This document shows, one piece after another, positions 14,060 through 27,357 of a stretch of 64,000 nt of DNA (position 1 is its first letter; every line of letters starts with the position of its first letter). The notes under the pieces are model-generated. The model had not been told where the DNA came from, did not search any database, and saw nothing but the letters and a program-made list of their open reading frames with translations. The stretch is taken from the NCBI RefSeq assembly GCF_006345805.1, contig NC_043016.1, positions 1,860,001 to 1,924,000 on the forward strand, read 5' to 3'. Source of the stretch: Octopus sinensis (Eukaryota). The position numbers were made by a program, and so were the translations under genes.

Positions 14060-14280
14060 ACTATATGCATAAGGCTTGCTAGTGATTCTTTTCTACTCTA
14101 GGCACAAGGCCCGAAATTTTGGGGGATTAGATTGACTCTAGTACTTAATTTATCGACCCCGAAAGGATGAAAGGCAAAGTCGACCTCGGCAGAATTTGAA
14201 CTCAGAACGTAAAGATAGACGAAATACCACTAGGTATTTCCCTCAGCGTGCTAACGTTTTTTTTGCCGGCTCGTCGCCTT
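14060..14280 (-). mobile_element. tRNA-headed SINE family B
   Basis: Reverse complement shows a B-box-like gttctgagttcaaattctgcc followed by gaggtcgactttgcctttcatcctttcggggtcgataaattaagtac. Confidence 0.85.
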
Positions 14281-15050
14281 GCCGCTTTAATAATAAAAGC
14301 AGCCCCAAGGTGTCGATACTCTTTTTTTCTATGACATAATTTGACTTTGTAAATGAACAATCTGCTATGATTATTTCAATGGCCTACCAATGTATACAGT
14401 GAGTTTTTTTGCCATCGGTTTCGGGAAGAAACTCGGCAAGAAATGAAAACAGATTGAAAGAAAGTTAATAATAATAATAGTAATAACTATAATGAAACTA
14501 ATAATAATGATGATGATGATGATGATAATGATGATAAAAAATATTTAACTAGCATACCCTTGTTATGTGTACATATACATACATATGTATAGACACACAC
14601 ACACACGCACACACACACACACACACACACACGTACACCCATAAATATATTTATGTATATATGTATGTATGCTAATATCTAGGTATGTATGTAAGGATAT
14701 GTGTACGCCTGTATGCGACTGAATGTATTTATGTGTCCCGTAAGTAGACATTTAATTACAAAGATATAAGCTATAGCATTGATAGTGCCCTGATACTATC
14801 GTGAGTTGTGTCACTGTCAGTTAGTTCAACTTAATTTACAAGCTATTGTTGCAACAGCCGATCTCTCACTTAAAATCAATTACACTCTTAGAAACACACC
14901 TTAGAAACCAGAATAAAGTATCGCTCTAAAACAACGACTGCCTCCACCACTACCATCATCACCAACATGATCGTCATAGATACCACAAAAATAATAAGGA
15001 TTTAAGCACTAGCAAACAGAACGACGTACACAATAGCAGCAACAGCAACA

Positions 15051-15082
<32 letters not shown>

Positions 15083-15109
15083 ATCAACAGCAACAATCAT
15101 CTTTTATCA

Positions 15110-15453
15110 TTTATATTTTACTAGTTTCTATCATTTGACTGCGGCCACGCTGGGGCACCGCCGTGAAGGATCTTGGTCGAACAAATCTATTCCAGGATTT
15201 AGTTTTTAATGCCTAGTACTTATTTTGTCGATCACTTTCGTGGTATCTCTAATTTACTAGAACGTAAACAAACCAACAACAGTTGTCAAATACAAGGACA
15301 TGCACACATATGAAAGATTTCCATCTACCAAATCAACTCAGAAAGTTTTGGTCAGCCCGAGCTATAGTAGAAGACAAGGTGCCACGCAATGGGGACTGAA
15401 CCCGGAACTGTATGGTTGGGAGTAAGTTTCTTACCACACCCCACACCTGTGCA
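15110..15453 (-). mobile_element. SINE family A (tail + head), diverged
   Basis: Tail catttgactgcggccacgctggggcaccgcc at ~15130 and head gggactgaacccggaac at ~15390 on the opposite strand. Confidence 0.75.
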
Positions 15454-15508
<55 letters not shown>

Positions 15509-15512
<4 letters not shown>

Positions 15513-16721
15513 GTTGGCAAGAAAGTAATTTCGTTTTTTGCAAATAGATAGTTACGATTTTTTAATGACTTTTGTCAATGTTATGATTTGACATTTTATA
15601 GCCCTTACTTTTAGCTTATGTTAGAAGCAAATTTGCGCGTTATTTTGTTTACAGCAGTTAGTTCAGTGTCAGTTTTGACATTGAGTGCAAAACGAACATT
15701 TTCGCCACATTTTTCCTTTTTTTTATTTCCGTAAAGAGATATGTGTAGTTTACGGCGTTGATTGCTTAACAGAAAGCACATGTCAGAAATGGATTTAAAA
15801 ATTCCGATCTGGAGATATTTCACTCAAACAAAGATGACCAACGTTCTGGTCGACCTACTGAAGTTGATGATGACTGAATCAAAGCCATAATTGAATCTGA
15901 TTGCCATATAACTGTGTGAGAGATTGCAGAGAGGTTAAATGTGTCACACACAACAATTGAAAATCACTTAAAAATGTCTTGGAAGCTCGATATTTGGGTT
16001 CCACATAAATTGAAACAGATTCACTTAACACAATAAATTAATATTTGCAATATGCATCTCAAACGCAATGAAATCGACATTTTCTTTTAAACGAATCATC
16101 ACTGGTGAGGAATAATGGATTGTCTACAATAACATGAATCGAAAAAGATCATGTTCCAAGCGTATGAACCAGCACAAACTACATCGGAAGCAGAATTTCA
16201 TCAAAAAGGTTATGCTGTCACTTTGGTTCGATTACAAAGGTGTTGTGTATTTTGAGCTGTTTCCAAGGAACCAAGCGATCAATTCAGATGTTCGCTGTCA
16301 ACAACTAATGAAACTGGGGGAATCAATAAAAAATGGTCAGAAATGGCAAATTATAAAGGAATCATGTTCTAACAGGACAACGCTAGACCACAGATGTCCT
16401 TGCTAACTCATGAAAAATTATTGGAACTTGGTTGGGAAGTCATCCACCATATATCCATAATCTTGCCCTATCATTTCGAAGTTTGCAAAATTCTTTGAAT
16501 GGTAAAACTTTCAATAATTAGGAAATCGCACAAGCTTCAGTTTTTGGCTGATAAGGACCAGAAAAGTAAATGAGCGCAGAATCATGAAGTTACCAAAAAG
16601 ATCGTAAAAGGTCATCGGATAAAGTAGAAAATATATAATTGATTTAAAGTTCATTCTTTGTATGAAAAAAAATTACTTTTATTTCACACTAAAAACCGGA
16701 ATTAGCTTCTTGCTTGCTAAC

Positions 16722-16725
<4 letters not shown>
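15509..16725 (+). mobile_element. Decayed mariner (DD34D) transposon
   Basis: Imperfect TIRs ttgggttggcaagaaag / cttcttgcttgctaacccaa, (TA)n on both sides; broken transposase with FRSGD, SGRPTEVDDD, WVPHKL, IITGEE.WIVYNN, KVMLSLWFDYKGVVYFEL. Confidence 0.9.
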
Positions 16726-16791
<66 letters not shown>

Positions 16792-17018
16792 CACACACAC
16801 AAACAATGATGCAGCACGGAATTTTGTCAGTGAACAGGTCACGGTCTCAAAGCGATTAAAATATTTTGACTTAAAGGTTGAAGTGAATCTAACGGTTTTT
16901 GTGTGATTCTTGAATGGCTTATAAACACCTTCCACGCTGCAATTGTTTTCATTCCAGCACACGATCTCAGATCAAGTCACTCGCTATGCAAGTACATCTC
17001 CGTAATGTATATATATAC

Positions 17019-17180
17019 ACGACAGGCTTCTTTCCGTTTCCGTCTACCAAATCTGCTCACAAGGCTTTGGTTATGCTGAGGCTACAGTAGAAAACTCATG
17101 TCCAAGGTGCCATGCAGTGGGACTGAACCTGGAACTATGTGGCTGGAAGGCATCTTATCACAAAGTCACGCCTGTGCCCT
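17019..17180 (-). mobile_element. SINE family A head
   Basis: Reverse complement of the 47621-47782 consensus. Confidence 0.8.
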
Positions 17181-17571
17181 AGTCATGCGACGAAAACAAC
17201 AATAGTAGATATACCGACAATGACGGCGAATGATCCTATGCATGGGTGCTTGACATGTTAAAAATGTCAGCCAAAGCACCCTGAAATCAAATCCTGTCAC
17301 CTTAATGTATTGTAGAAAATAGTTCCTGATAAATCACAAAAGTGGCATGGCGACGGCTAGAACATCTTTGGTCATAGATTTGTTCAGTGTAAATTGATCT
17401 GTTTCAAGAAAATAGCACCTTATATTATTCGAACACTAATCTATACTTCTACTGCATGTAATAGGTACCATATAGAGGTACATAATACTCTTGCATGGAG
17501 GTACGAAAACTGTACAATGATGATTATTTTTATTTCATGTATATATCAATATGAATCTGATTGGTTTATGG

Positions 17572-17861
17572 CAGTGGTTCCCAAACTTTTTCGGATACCA
17601 TCCCCTTTGTCCCTGTGATACATTCCTAGCACCCTCCCCTGTTCTCCACCTCAAACGTAGACCACTTTCTGAAGCAAATTCAAAACAACCGTATTTCATA
17701 TATAAAATTTAACCTAATTAACCCATAATTTTGTTAGTTTTACATCCATCGCTCCCTTTTGGCCACGCCATTATCGCCCCACTTTTCTTCTACGCCCCCC
17801 ACCACCACCTGGATCTTTCCACTGTCCTCAGTGTGTCAACCGCCCACTTTTGGAACCATTG
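17572..17861. mobile_element. hAT (Charlie-like) MITE
   Basis: Terminal inverted cagtggttcccaaa / ttttggaaccattg; no coding capacity; TSD not recognisable. Confidence 0.55.
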
Positions 17862-18357
17862 GAGTCAATAGGATGCTGCACTCTCGATCGCATGATCGTG
17901 TATTCGATTTGTGGTGAAGGTCGGGTATTGTGTTAATGTGACGTTGCTCCAACCCACTCAACAATAAATGATACTAGAACTCCAGACACGACTGACTATA
18001 TCAAAGTTTTCCCATTTATATCAAACATACTGTAGTTTTGCTTTATTCCTCGAGTCTGCCTAGTAATAAGATTTCAATAATTAGCAGATCATCTGCTAAC
18101 TCATGGGTTTGAACCAGTTTACACTCATAGAAAACGAATTCTATATTATATCAATTATTTCTCTTGGTTACTTACTACTAGTTTATCTACTGGTTTATTT
18201 CTACAAAATTTCTATTTTCAACTGGTACGAATAAGTACAAGTTGATCAATTGGATCGATATAATCAGCTTACTCCTTCTCCCAATTTGTTGGCCTTGTGC
18301 TAAAATTTGAAACTAATCTTATAAATAATATAAAGGTAGCAAACTTTCCAGACAAAA

Positions 18358-18510
18358 ATGCTTGGTGTCATTTCATCCGTCTTCTGAGTTCAAGTGCCGC
18401 TGTGGTCGACTTTGCCTTTCATCGTTTCAGGTTCAATACAATAAGTAAGTTGAGCACTGGGGAACCATGTAAATCGACTTATCCCCCACCCCGAAATATG
18501 GCTTTCAAAA
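18358..18510 (+). mobile_element. SINE family B, 5'-eroded
   Basis: ttctgagttcaagtgccgctgtggtcgactttgcctttcatcg. Confidence 0.7.
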
Positions 18511-18675
18511 GTTAAGGTTCACTGGTGCCTACTGTCTTATATCAGAAAAAGTGGGCTCTAATTTACAGTTCGGTGAAAGTCAGGCCCTAGACAATATCGA
18601 AACCTACGATCACATTTGTCTATCTGTGTATTTATCTACCTACGTATTTGTCTGTCAGTCTTCCGGCCTGTGTAT

Positions 18676-18676
18676 A

Positions 18677-18759
<83 letters not shown>
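18676..18759. repeat. (TATC)n tract abutting Tx1 copy 1
   Basis: Direct. Confidence 0.95.
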
Positions 18760-18760
<1 letters not shown>

Positions 18761-19168
18761 CTTCCTTCAAACGGGAAGGAAGAGCTATTTTCATCATCCT
18801 TGTGGCTATGTCGAAAGAATGTATCTGGTGGACGCGTCTGAAAGGATTAGAGACAAACACTTTCCTCTCTGGCCAATCTCTCATCAACTTCTTCAAGTAT
18901 CACTTGAAAAGGAAAGTGAGAGTAGAGAGGCAAGTTTTGTCTAGCGAATGTTTTAAAAAAAGATGGGTGAATGTAGCAAGGATGGCACGTATGAATGACG
19001 AAGCCACCTTGAATATGATCCTATGAACCCAGAAATTGAAAACAGAGGGTTACCCACTTGCAAACAAATGTGGTAACATATAACAATATTGACCAAGGTT
19101 ACCGTGGTCTTTTTCGTAGGCTTTTCTTCCCACAGATAAACCTTACTTGCTTTCCCCTTTAAACCATA
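18760..19168 (+). mobile_element. Tx1/L1-clade LINE copy 1 (ORF2 C-terminus + part of 3' UTR)
   Basis: PSFKREGRAIFIILVAMSKECIWWTRLKG; near-identical to 21140-21540; flanked by (TATC)n. Confidence 0.9.
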
Positions 19169-19180
19169 TATCTATCTATC

Positions 19181-21845
19181 TGGGACGAGTGGCCAGCGTG
19201 AACGCAGGGTGGACTTCAGTGTCTACCTGCACAGCCTGCCACGACTCTCGGCAAGAGAGGCAAAGTGCTGTGAAGGTGCCATAACGGCGGCGGATGTGCG
19301 GGACGCAATGGTAGAATGCTCGAGAGACAAATCGCCGGGTTTGGATGGTCTGCTGTACGAGTTTTACAATTGTATGCCAGACTTGTTTGGGGACGTCTTG
19401 GCAGCAGTATACTGCAACTGGCAGCAAAACGGGAGCACATCCGGAGTTTTGTGAGTCGAGGAAGCGTAACGCTGCTGAAGAAAGATCCAAACAAGGGGGA
19501 CATTATAGATAACTTTAGGCCCATCACTCTGCTCAATGCTGACCTGAAAATGTTGATCAAGGTGTCAGCCAAGAGGTTGGCGCTTGTCATCGAGAAACTG
19601 GTTGACAGGGCGCAAACGTGCGCCGTGCCGGGCCAGACCATCCATGACAACCTCCATCTGATGCGCTACATCATGGAGAGAGTAGTTATGGAACCTGGCA
19701 TGGGTGGGGCCCCTGATCAGTTTGGATCAATCGAAAGCTTTCGATAGGGTAGACTATCGATACTTGGAGGCAGTCCTCAGAGCGGCTGGTTTCGATCCCG
19801 TCTTCCGCGGCTAGATAGCTGCTTTGTACAGAGGCATCAGTTTGGTAATTCGCGTAAATGTACATCTATCGTGACCTCTCGACATTGCACGTTCGGTCCG
19901 TCAGGGATACCCCCTCTCGGCGCTTCTATACGTATTGACTCTTGAGCCACTACTGCGGAAGTTGGCGACTCTGAGGGGCATTCCGCGAGAATTAGGATGC
20001 GGGACGAGCGTGTCTGCATACGCGGACGACGTCACCGTCATAGATTCAAGCCACGAGCATATCGAGCTGGTCGGCGAGACACTGAAAGACTACCAAGCGG
20101 TGATAGGAGCGAAAATCAACCGGGAAAAGTCAGTGGGCTTGCGGCTCGGCACCTGGAGAAGCAAGCCCATGCCGTCCACCAGCGCTCCCGTCGTGGGACG
20201 CGGTACGGACGGCCCGGTCGAGTTGCTCGGGGTCTAGTTCGGTCCGGACCTCCAAATGGAGAAGAACAGGAACGAGATAACGAGTAGGGTGGTCTCTCTC
20301 GCCCGGCAATGGGCCGAGAGGAAACTGTCCCTAAAAGCTCGGGCGGAGGTGGCGAACACGTACATCGCGTCCATCATCTACTACCACCTGACCGTCGCAC
20401 CTTGTCGCGACCCTACCATCACCAAACTAGAACGCATTCTCTTCAGCTTCTTGTGGAAAGGATGCGTCCCGATAGTCAGGCGATCCATTTGCTGTCAACA
20501 CCCATTAAAGGGATGGCTGGGCATGCCGTGGTTGATGATGCGCAGACACGCGCTGAGACTGTGACATCTCCGGCTCTATGTAGACGACGGTGAACAGGTG
20601 TGGTCGCCGTTTGTGAGGCACGCTTTCCCGCAATTCGTCTCCATGACCGAACTGCAGTCGTGGATTAAAAAGAGGCCGAGGAAGGGCGAATGGCACCGCG
20701 AGTGTCGCGTTGCTCTCAAGCAACTATGCCGCCCCGGGTTGACCTTGAGCGACTTCAACACAAGCAAAGCATTCTATAGGGGATTAGTGGAGGGGAGGTA
20801 CGACAACGATTTTAGGGCGAACCTGGGCGTCGACGAGGAATACTTGACCCGCCTGTCTGAGACGACTTTCGGGCCGGGACCAATGGACAACTTCCAGAGA
20901 TCCCTGGCCTGGCAGTGCTACCGAGAAGCGCTACCCGTTCGGGATAAGCTCTATAGGCATAGCTCGAGAAACACGGGGCCGACCTGCCCGAGAGGCGGTC
21001 AGAGCGACGAAACCGTTATGCACGCAATCGTGCAGTGTCCAACAATTTCCGACCTGTGGGCTTATGTCGAACGACTGCTGTCACGTGTGGGACTTGTCGG
21101 TTTATCAGCCGAGTCTATCGTTAATATCGTCACGCCTCCTTCCTTCAAACGGGAAGGAAGAGCTATTTTTATCATACTTGTGGCTATGGCGAAAGAATGT
21201 ATCTGGTGGACGCGTCTGAAAAGGATTAGAGACAAACACTTTCTCTCTGGCCAATCTCTCATCAACTTCTTCAAGTATCACTTGAAAAAGGAATGTGAGA
21301 GTAGAGAGGCAAGTTTTTGTCTAGCGAATGTTTTAAAAAAAGATGGGTGAATGTAGCAAGGATGGCACGTATGAATGACGAAGCCCCTGAATATGATCTT
21401 ATGAACCCAGAAATTGAAAACAGAGGTACCCACTTGCAAACAAATGTGGGTAACATATAACAATATTGACCAAGGTTACCGTGGTATTTTTCGTAGGCTT
21501 TCTCCCCACGGGATAAACCTTACTTGCTTTCCCCTTTACACCTATATCGTAACACTGTGATACACGATCTCTATTGATCGATCCTTTTTTTTTCCTCTTT
21601 CCCTTTTTTCCCCTTTTTCTTCTTTTTCATTTCTCTTTCCTTTGTTCCTTTCCCTTTCTTTTTTTCTTTTATTCTTTTTTTTATTTTATTCTATTTTTTT
21701 CCTTTTTTTTGTTCTTTTCTTCCCTTTTACGATCCTTTTGATCGAAAACCTACGCCACCCCGTTTTTTCATCCACCAAAAAGAAAAGCTCTACCTTGTAA
21801 CTTGTCCCATCTGTGTGCAGCCCTGTGTGACCAATAAAGAAAACT
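19181..21845 (+). mobile_element. Tx1/L1-clade LINE copy 2 (5'-truncated ORF2 RT to 3' end)
   Basis: SPGLDGLLYEFY, FRPITLLNADLK, SAYADDVT, C-terminal zinc region YREALPVRDKL..CPR..ETVMHAIVQC; ends aataaagaaaact-(tatc)n. Confidence 0.93.
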
Positions 21846-21886
21846 TATCTATCTATCTGTCTGTCTGTCAGTCTGTCTGTCTGTTA

Positions 21887-21937
<51 letters not shown>

Positions 21938-21971
21938 ATATTATCTATCTATCTATCTATCTATCATCTAC

Positions 21972-22007
<36 letters not shown>

Positions 22008-22073
22008 ATCTATCTATCATCTATCTATCTATCTATCTATTATATCTATCTATCTATCTATCTACTATCTATC
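21846..22073. repeat. Degenerate (TATC)n spacer between Tx1 copies 2 and 3
   Basis: Direct. Confidence 0.95.
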
Positions 22074-24974
22074 TAGCAAAGCACTAGCCATAGATAGAAA
22101 TAGAGTAGAGGGTGAGCTAGTTAAGAAGCTAGAAGTGGAACTAGAAGCGGCATCACATCCGACGTTTTGGCGGCGAGGTTGGCCCTTCGACCAACCACTT
22201 CAACGCCAAAACACGAAGGATGTGCCGTCAGAGCTAGGATGCGTGCTCTAGGAACGAGGTGTTGGAGCCGCGAGAGAGAGGCCCGGGTGGCGGAGGCGCA
22301 GCAGGGCAAACAAAGCCCACCATTCGGTCTCTGGTAGATGCACAAGGGCGGCGAATTGTTCGAGCCCAGCAAGATGTGCGAGACATTCAGCGGCACTTTG
22401 CCCGACTGTACGGGACGAGTGTGAGCGTGAACGTAGGGGGAGATGGGATTCAGTGCCTACCTGCACAGCCTACCACGACTCTCGGAAGAGAGGCAGAGTC
22501 CTGCGAAGGTGCCATCACGGCGGCGGATGTGAGGACGCAATGGCAGGAATGCGAGAGACAAATCGCCGGGTTTGGATAGTCTGCCCTACGAGTTTTACAA
22601 TTGTATGCCAGACTTGTTTGGAGACGTCTATTGGCAGCGGTTTATACTGCAACTGGCAGCAAACACGGAGCATTAACCGGTTTGTGAGTCGAGTAGCTGT
22701 AGCACTGCTGAAGAAAGATCCAAACAAGGGGAACTTATGGCATAACTTTAGACCAATCACTCTGCTCAATGCAGACCTGAAATTTTGACAAAGGTGTTGC
22801 CCAAGAGGGGTTGGCGCTTGCATCGAGAAACGGTCGACAACGCACAAAACGTGCGCCGTGCCGGGCCGGAGCTTCCATGACAACCTCCATCTGATGCGCT
22901 ACATCATAGACAGGGTAGTTAACGAACCTGGCATGGGTGGGGCCCTGATCAACTTGGATCAATCGAAAGCTTTCGATAGGGTAGACCATCGATACTTGGA
23001 GGCAGTCCTGAGAGCGGCTGGTTTCGGTCCCGTCTTCCGCGGCTGGATAGCTGCCTTGTACAGAGGCATCCGTTCGGTAATTCGCGTGAATGGACATCTA
23101 TCGAGACCTCTCGACATTGCACGTTCGGTCCGTCAGGGATGCCCCCTCTCGGCGCTTCTATACGTATTGACTCTTGATCCTCTACTGCGGAAGCTGGCGA
23201 CTCTGAGGGGCATCCTGCGAGAATTAGGATGCGGGACGAGCGTGTCTGCATACGCGGACGACGTCACCCTCATAGTGTCAAGCCACGAGCACATCGAGTG
23301 GGTCGGCGAGACACTGAAAGACTACCAAGCGGTGACAGGAGCAAAAATCAACCGGTAAAGTCAGTGGGCTTGCGCTCGGCACCTGGAGAAGCAAGCCCAT
23401 GCCGTCCACCAGTACCTCCGTCGTGGGACTCTGGACATACTGCTCGGTTGAGTTGCTCGGGTCTGATTCGGTCCGGACCTCCAAATGGAGAAGAACTGAA
23501 CGAGATAACGAGTAGGGTGTCACTCTCGCCCAGCAATGGGCCGAGAGGAAACTGTCCCTAAAAGCTCGGGCGGAGGTGGTGAACGCGTACATCATCGCGT
23601 CCATCATCTACTACCGCCTGACCGTCGTACCTTTTCCGACCTTACCATCACCAAACTAGAACGCATTCTCTCCGCTTCTTGTGGAAAGATGCGTCCCGAT
23701 GGTCAGGCGATCCATTTTCTGTCAACACCCGTTAAAAGGAGGACTGAGCATAGCCGTGGTTGATGATGCGCAGACACGCGCTGAGACTTGCGACATCTCC
23801 GGCTCTATGTAGACGACGATGAACAGGTGTGGTCGCCGTTTGTGAGGCACGCATTCCCGCAACTTGTCTCCATGACCGAACTGCAGTCGTGGATCAAAAA
23901 GAGGCCGAGGAAGGGCGAATGGTACCGCGAGTCGCGTTGCTCTCAAGCAACCTCTGCCGTCCTGGGTCGACCTTGAGTGACTTCAACACAACCAAAGCAT
24001 TCTATAGGGGACTAGTGGAGGGGAGGTACGACGACGATCTCGGGGCAAACCTGGGCGTCGACGAGGAATACCTGACCCGCCTGTTTCGAACGACTTTCGG
24101 CCCGGGACCTAGGACAACTTCCAGAGATCCCTGGCCTGGCGGTGCTACCGAGAAGCGCTACCCGTTCGGGATAAGCTCTATAGCATAGCTCGAGAAACAC
24201 GGGGCCGACCTGCCCGAGATGCGGGTAGAGCGACGAAACCGCTCTGCACGCAATCGTGCAGTGTCCAGCAATTTCCGACCTGTGGCTTATGTCGAACGAC
24301 TGCTGTCACGTGTGGGACGTGTCGTTTTATCAGCCGAGTCTATCGTTAATATTGTCACGCCTCCTTCCTTCAAACGGGAAGGAAGAGCTATTTTTATCAT
24401 ACTTCTTGTGGCTATGGCGAAAGAATGTATCTGGTGGACGCGCCTGAAAGGATAGAGACAAACACTTTCTCTCTGGTCAATCCTCATCAACTTCTTCAAG
24501 TATCACTTGAGGAGGAAAGTGAGAGTAGAGAGGCAAGTTTTGTCTAGTGAATGTTTTAAAAAAAGATGGGTGAATGTAGCAAGGATGGCACGTATGAATG
24601 ACGAAGCCACCTTGACTATGATTCTATGAACCATAAAAATACTAGAGTTGCTTATTTGCAAAAAAAAAAAAAAGAAAGAAATATAACATGTGACTTCATT
24701 GACCGAGGTTACCGTGGTCTTTTCCGTAGGCTTTTCTTTCCACGGGTAAACCTCACCTGTCCTCCCCTTTACACTTCATATTGACATTTCTGTGATAACG
24801 ATCCCTATTGATCAATTTTTTTTTTTCGTCTCCCCCTTTTTTTAACCCCCCCTTTTTTGTCCTCTTTCTCTCCTTTACGATCCCTTTTGATCGAACACCC
24901 CCCCTTTTTTTTACTTCAAAAGAAAAGCTCTACCTTGTAATTGTTCTATCTGTTGCAGCCCTGTGTGGCTAATA
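22074..24974 (+). mobile_element. Tx1/L1-clade LINE copy 3 (5'-truncated), runs into the gap
   Basis: GGALINLDQSKAFDRVDHRYL, SVRQGCPLSALLY, YADDVT; many frameshifts; 3' UTR colinear with copies 2 and 4. Confidence 0.93.
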
Positions 24975-25074
24975 NNNNNNNNNNNNNNNNNNNNNNNNNN
25001 NNNNNNNNNNNNNNNNNNNNNNNNNNNNNNNNNNNNNNNNNNNNNNNNNNNNNNNNNNNNNNNNNNNNNNNNNN
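24975..25074. other. Assembly gap (100 N)
   Basis: Direct. Confidence 1.
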
Positions 25075-25331
25075 GTACAATAATAATTCTTCAATCTATC
25101 TAACGGAATAAAAGAGAGATCAAAAAAACATTCCCTTTAATTAAACACTATGATAATTCCTGGACACTTCTTCCACAGCACGGTTTTGATTTTGGTTGTA
25201 TTTATTTAATTTTCTTTTATTGTAAATATTTATTCATTTAGCATTATTATTACTATCATTGTTATTTTTGTTGCTGTTGTTGTTGTTATTGTTATTTTTG
25301 TTGTTGTTGTTGTTATTATTATTATTATCAC

Positions 25332-25375
<44 letters not shown>

Positions 25376-25627
25376 TATTATTATTATTATTATTATTATC
25401 ATCATCATCTCATCATCATCATCATCATCATTATTATTGTTGTTGTTATTGTCGTTGTCATTATTTTCATCGCTGACATATGCGGAAGTCCGGTCTAAAC
25501 AAACAGGCAATGAAAGTTTTATAGCCCCCTACCTCTATCACCTCACTGGAGAGGAAAGAGCTAACCAAAAAAAAAAGGAAATTATTATTATTATGATTAC
25601 TATTATTATTATTATTAATATTAATTA

Positions 25628-25665
<38 letters not shown>

Positions 25666-25700
25666 GTTATTATTATATTATTATTTTATTATTATTACTG

Positions 25701-25732
<32 letters not shown>

Positions 25733-25766
25733 TTATTATTATTACTGTGTGTTATTATTATTATTA

Positions 25767-25818
<52 letters not shown>

Positions 25819-25896
25819 CATTACTATTATTAATAGTAATAAAAATAATGACTGCAAAATCAACAACAATAATAAGACCAATAACAACTAAAAAAA

Positions 25897-26214
25897 TTAT
25901 AATGATTTTTTCTTTTGCATTATGTGACGTAGCCGGTGCTGTAAAACGTTAGTGATGCGTAGAACGACACATGTAAACAGAAAAGTATTATTTCTACATA
26001 ACGGTCGAGTCAATTCCATTTTGAAATCTAGTGGTAGTTCGCTCCGATGCCTACAACAGCTTTTGATGTTTTGCAATAGAAGAGAGCATGAGCCTTCAAC
26101 GCTATACACATTGGCTGGTATATCTATCGCTTGATAAACAAACTCTGCGAATACGTCTTCAGGGGTTAACTGTTTTAGCTTTGTTTCGTTATTAACAGCA
26201 ACATTCTCTTTCTT
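25897..26214 (-). CDS. Candidate host-gene exon (105 codons + stop), product unknown
   Basis: Pyrimidine tract and acceptor ttttttctttttt.aaacaccag|aag, then an open, non-repetitive frame KKENVAVNNETKLKQLTPEDVFAEFVYQAIDIPANVYSVEGSCSLLLQNIKSCC..KKKSL*. No family recognised. Confidence 0.3.
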   Translation of the reverse strand, partial: KKENVAVNNETKLKQLTPEDVFAEFVYQAIDIPANVYSVEGSCSLLLQNIKSCCRHRSELPLDFKMELTRPLCRNNTFLFTCVVLRITNVLQHRLRHIMQKKKSL

Positions 26215-26454
26215 CTGGTGTTTAAAAAAGAAAAAAATGAAGTTTGGGGAATACGAGTTTAGGAAGAAGTTTACTTCTTGTCATACATAACTGTTAGACC
26301 GAATCCTATTTCATGCGGATTGCTTTTAAATCAACAAAATATTTTCAAGGTTAAACTGCTTTCTCCACAAAGGGTGATAATGGTGATGACAATGATGAAA
26401 ACGATGATGATGATGATGATGATAATGATGAAGATGATGATGATAGAAAGATGC

Positions 26455-26556
26455 TCAAGCTGCGTGGCACCTTGGGCAAGTGTCTTCTACTATAGCCTCG
26501 AGTCGACCAAAGACTTGCGAGTGATTTGGTAGACGGAGCTGAAAGAAGTCCGTCGT
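26455..26556 (+). mobile_element. SINE family A, central part
   Basis: ggcaccttgggcaagtgtcttctactatagcctcg..gatttggtagacgg. Confidence 0.8.
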
Positions 26557-26687
26557 GTGTATATATACATACATAATATTATATATATATTACTATATAT
26601 AATATATATATATAATATAATATATATATAATATATAATATATATATATATAAGTATATGTATATATATATAGTATGTATGTGTGTA

Positions 26688-26722
<35 letters not shown>

Positions 26723-26863
26723 CTTCATTTCGATAATATTTGAGAGATACTGTGTTAATGAAAATCAGCTACGCTCTCTACTCCTGAAGACTTTCACTTT
26801 AGCAGTTATGTGAAATCCCTGGCCTGGGTGCGATATGATAATCTTCGCCGCCTCAGTGCAGGT

Positions 26864-26907
<44 letters not shown>

Positions 26908-27357
26908 GGAGAGAGAGAAAGCACCAAAGTGATGCAAAATAACATTTGTTCGGGTAGGACCTAAGCGGACATGCAAATCTTGAAGATTTCTACAAATCAA
27001 TCCTGAAACACTACTTCGTTGTAGCTGCTAGAAGAAAGGAAACGAAGAAACAGAAATCATAGTAAGAGAAAATTGGCTGATATACAAAGAGATGAGTGTG
27101 TGCATGTGTGTTTGTGTGTGCGTGTATATGTGTGTGTATGTGTATATATATGTATACATATATGCATACATATATATATGTATATATATATATATATATA
27201 TAAAGGTTTGTGTATTTTTGCAATGTGTACAAATAACACGGTAAAAATAAATAAATTGTTACCAGGGAGGCAAAAATTCACGTAAGTGCCAAGGATGTTA
27301 CAGGCTACTTATAAAGGTAAAAATTCCAGGCTTAAGTGAAATGTTTTTGTATAACAT

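Noticed and set aside
19176-24499. Overlapping antisense and alternate-frame ORFs in the Tx1 copies
   Set aside because: By-products of GC-rich, frameshifted RT coding sequence.
25440-25550. Small minus-strand exon EVIEVGGYKTFIACLFRPDFRICQR*
   Set aside because: Acceptor is plausible, but I found no phase-compatible donor in the upstream candidate exon; too short to support.
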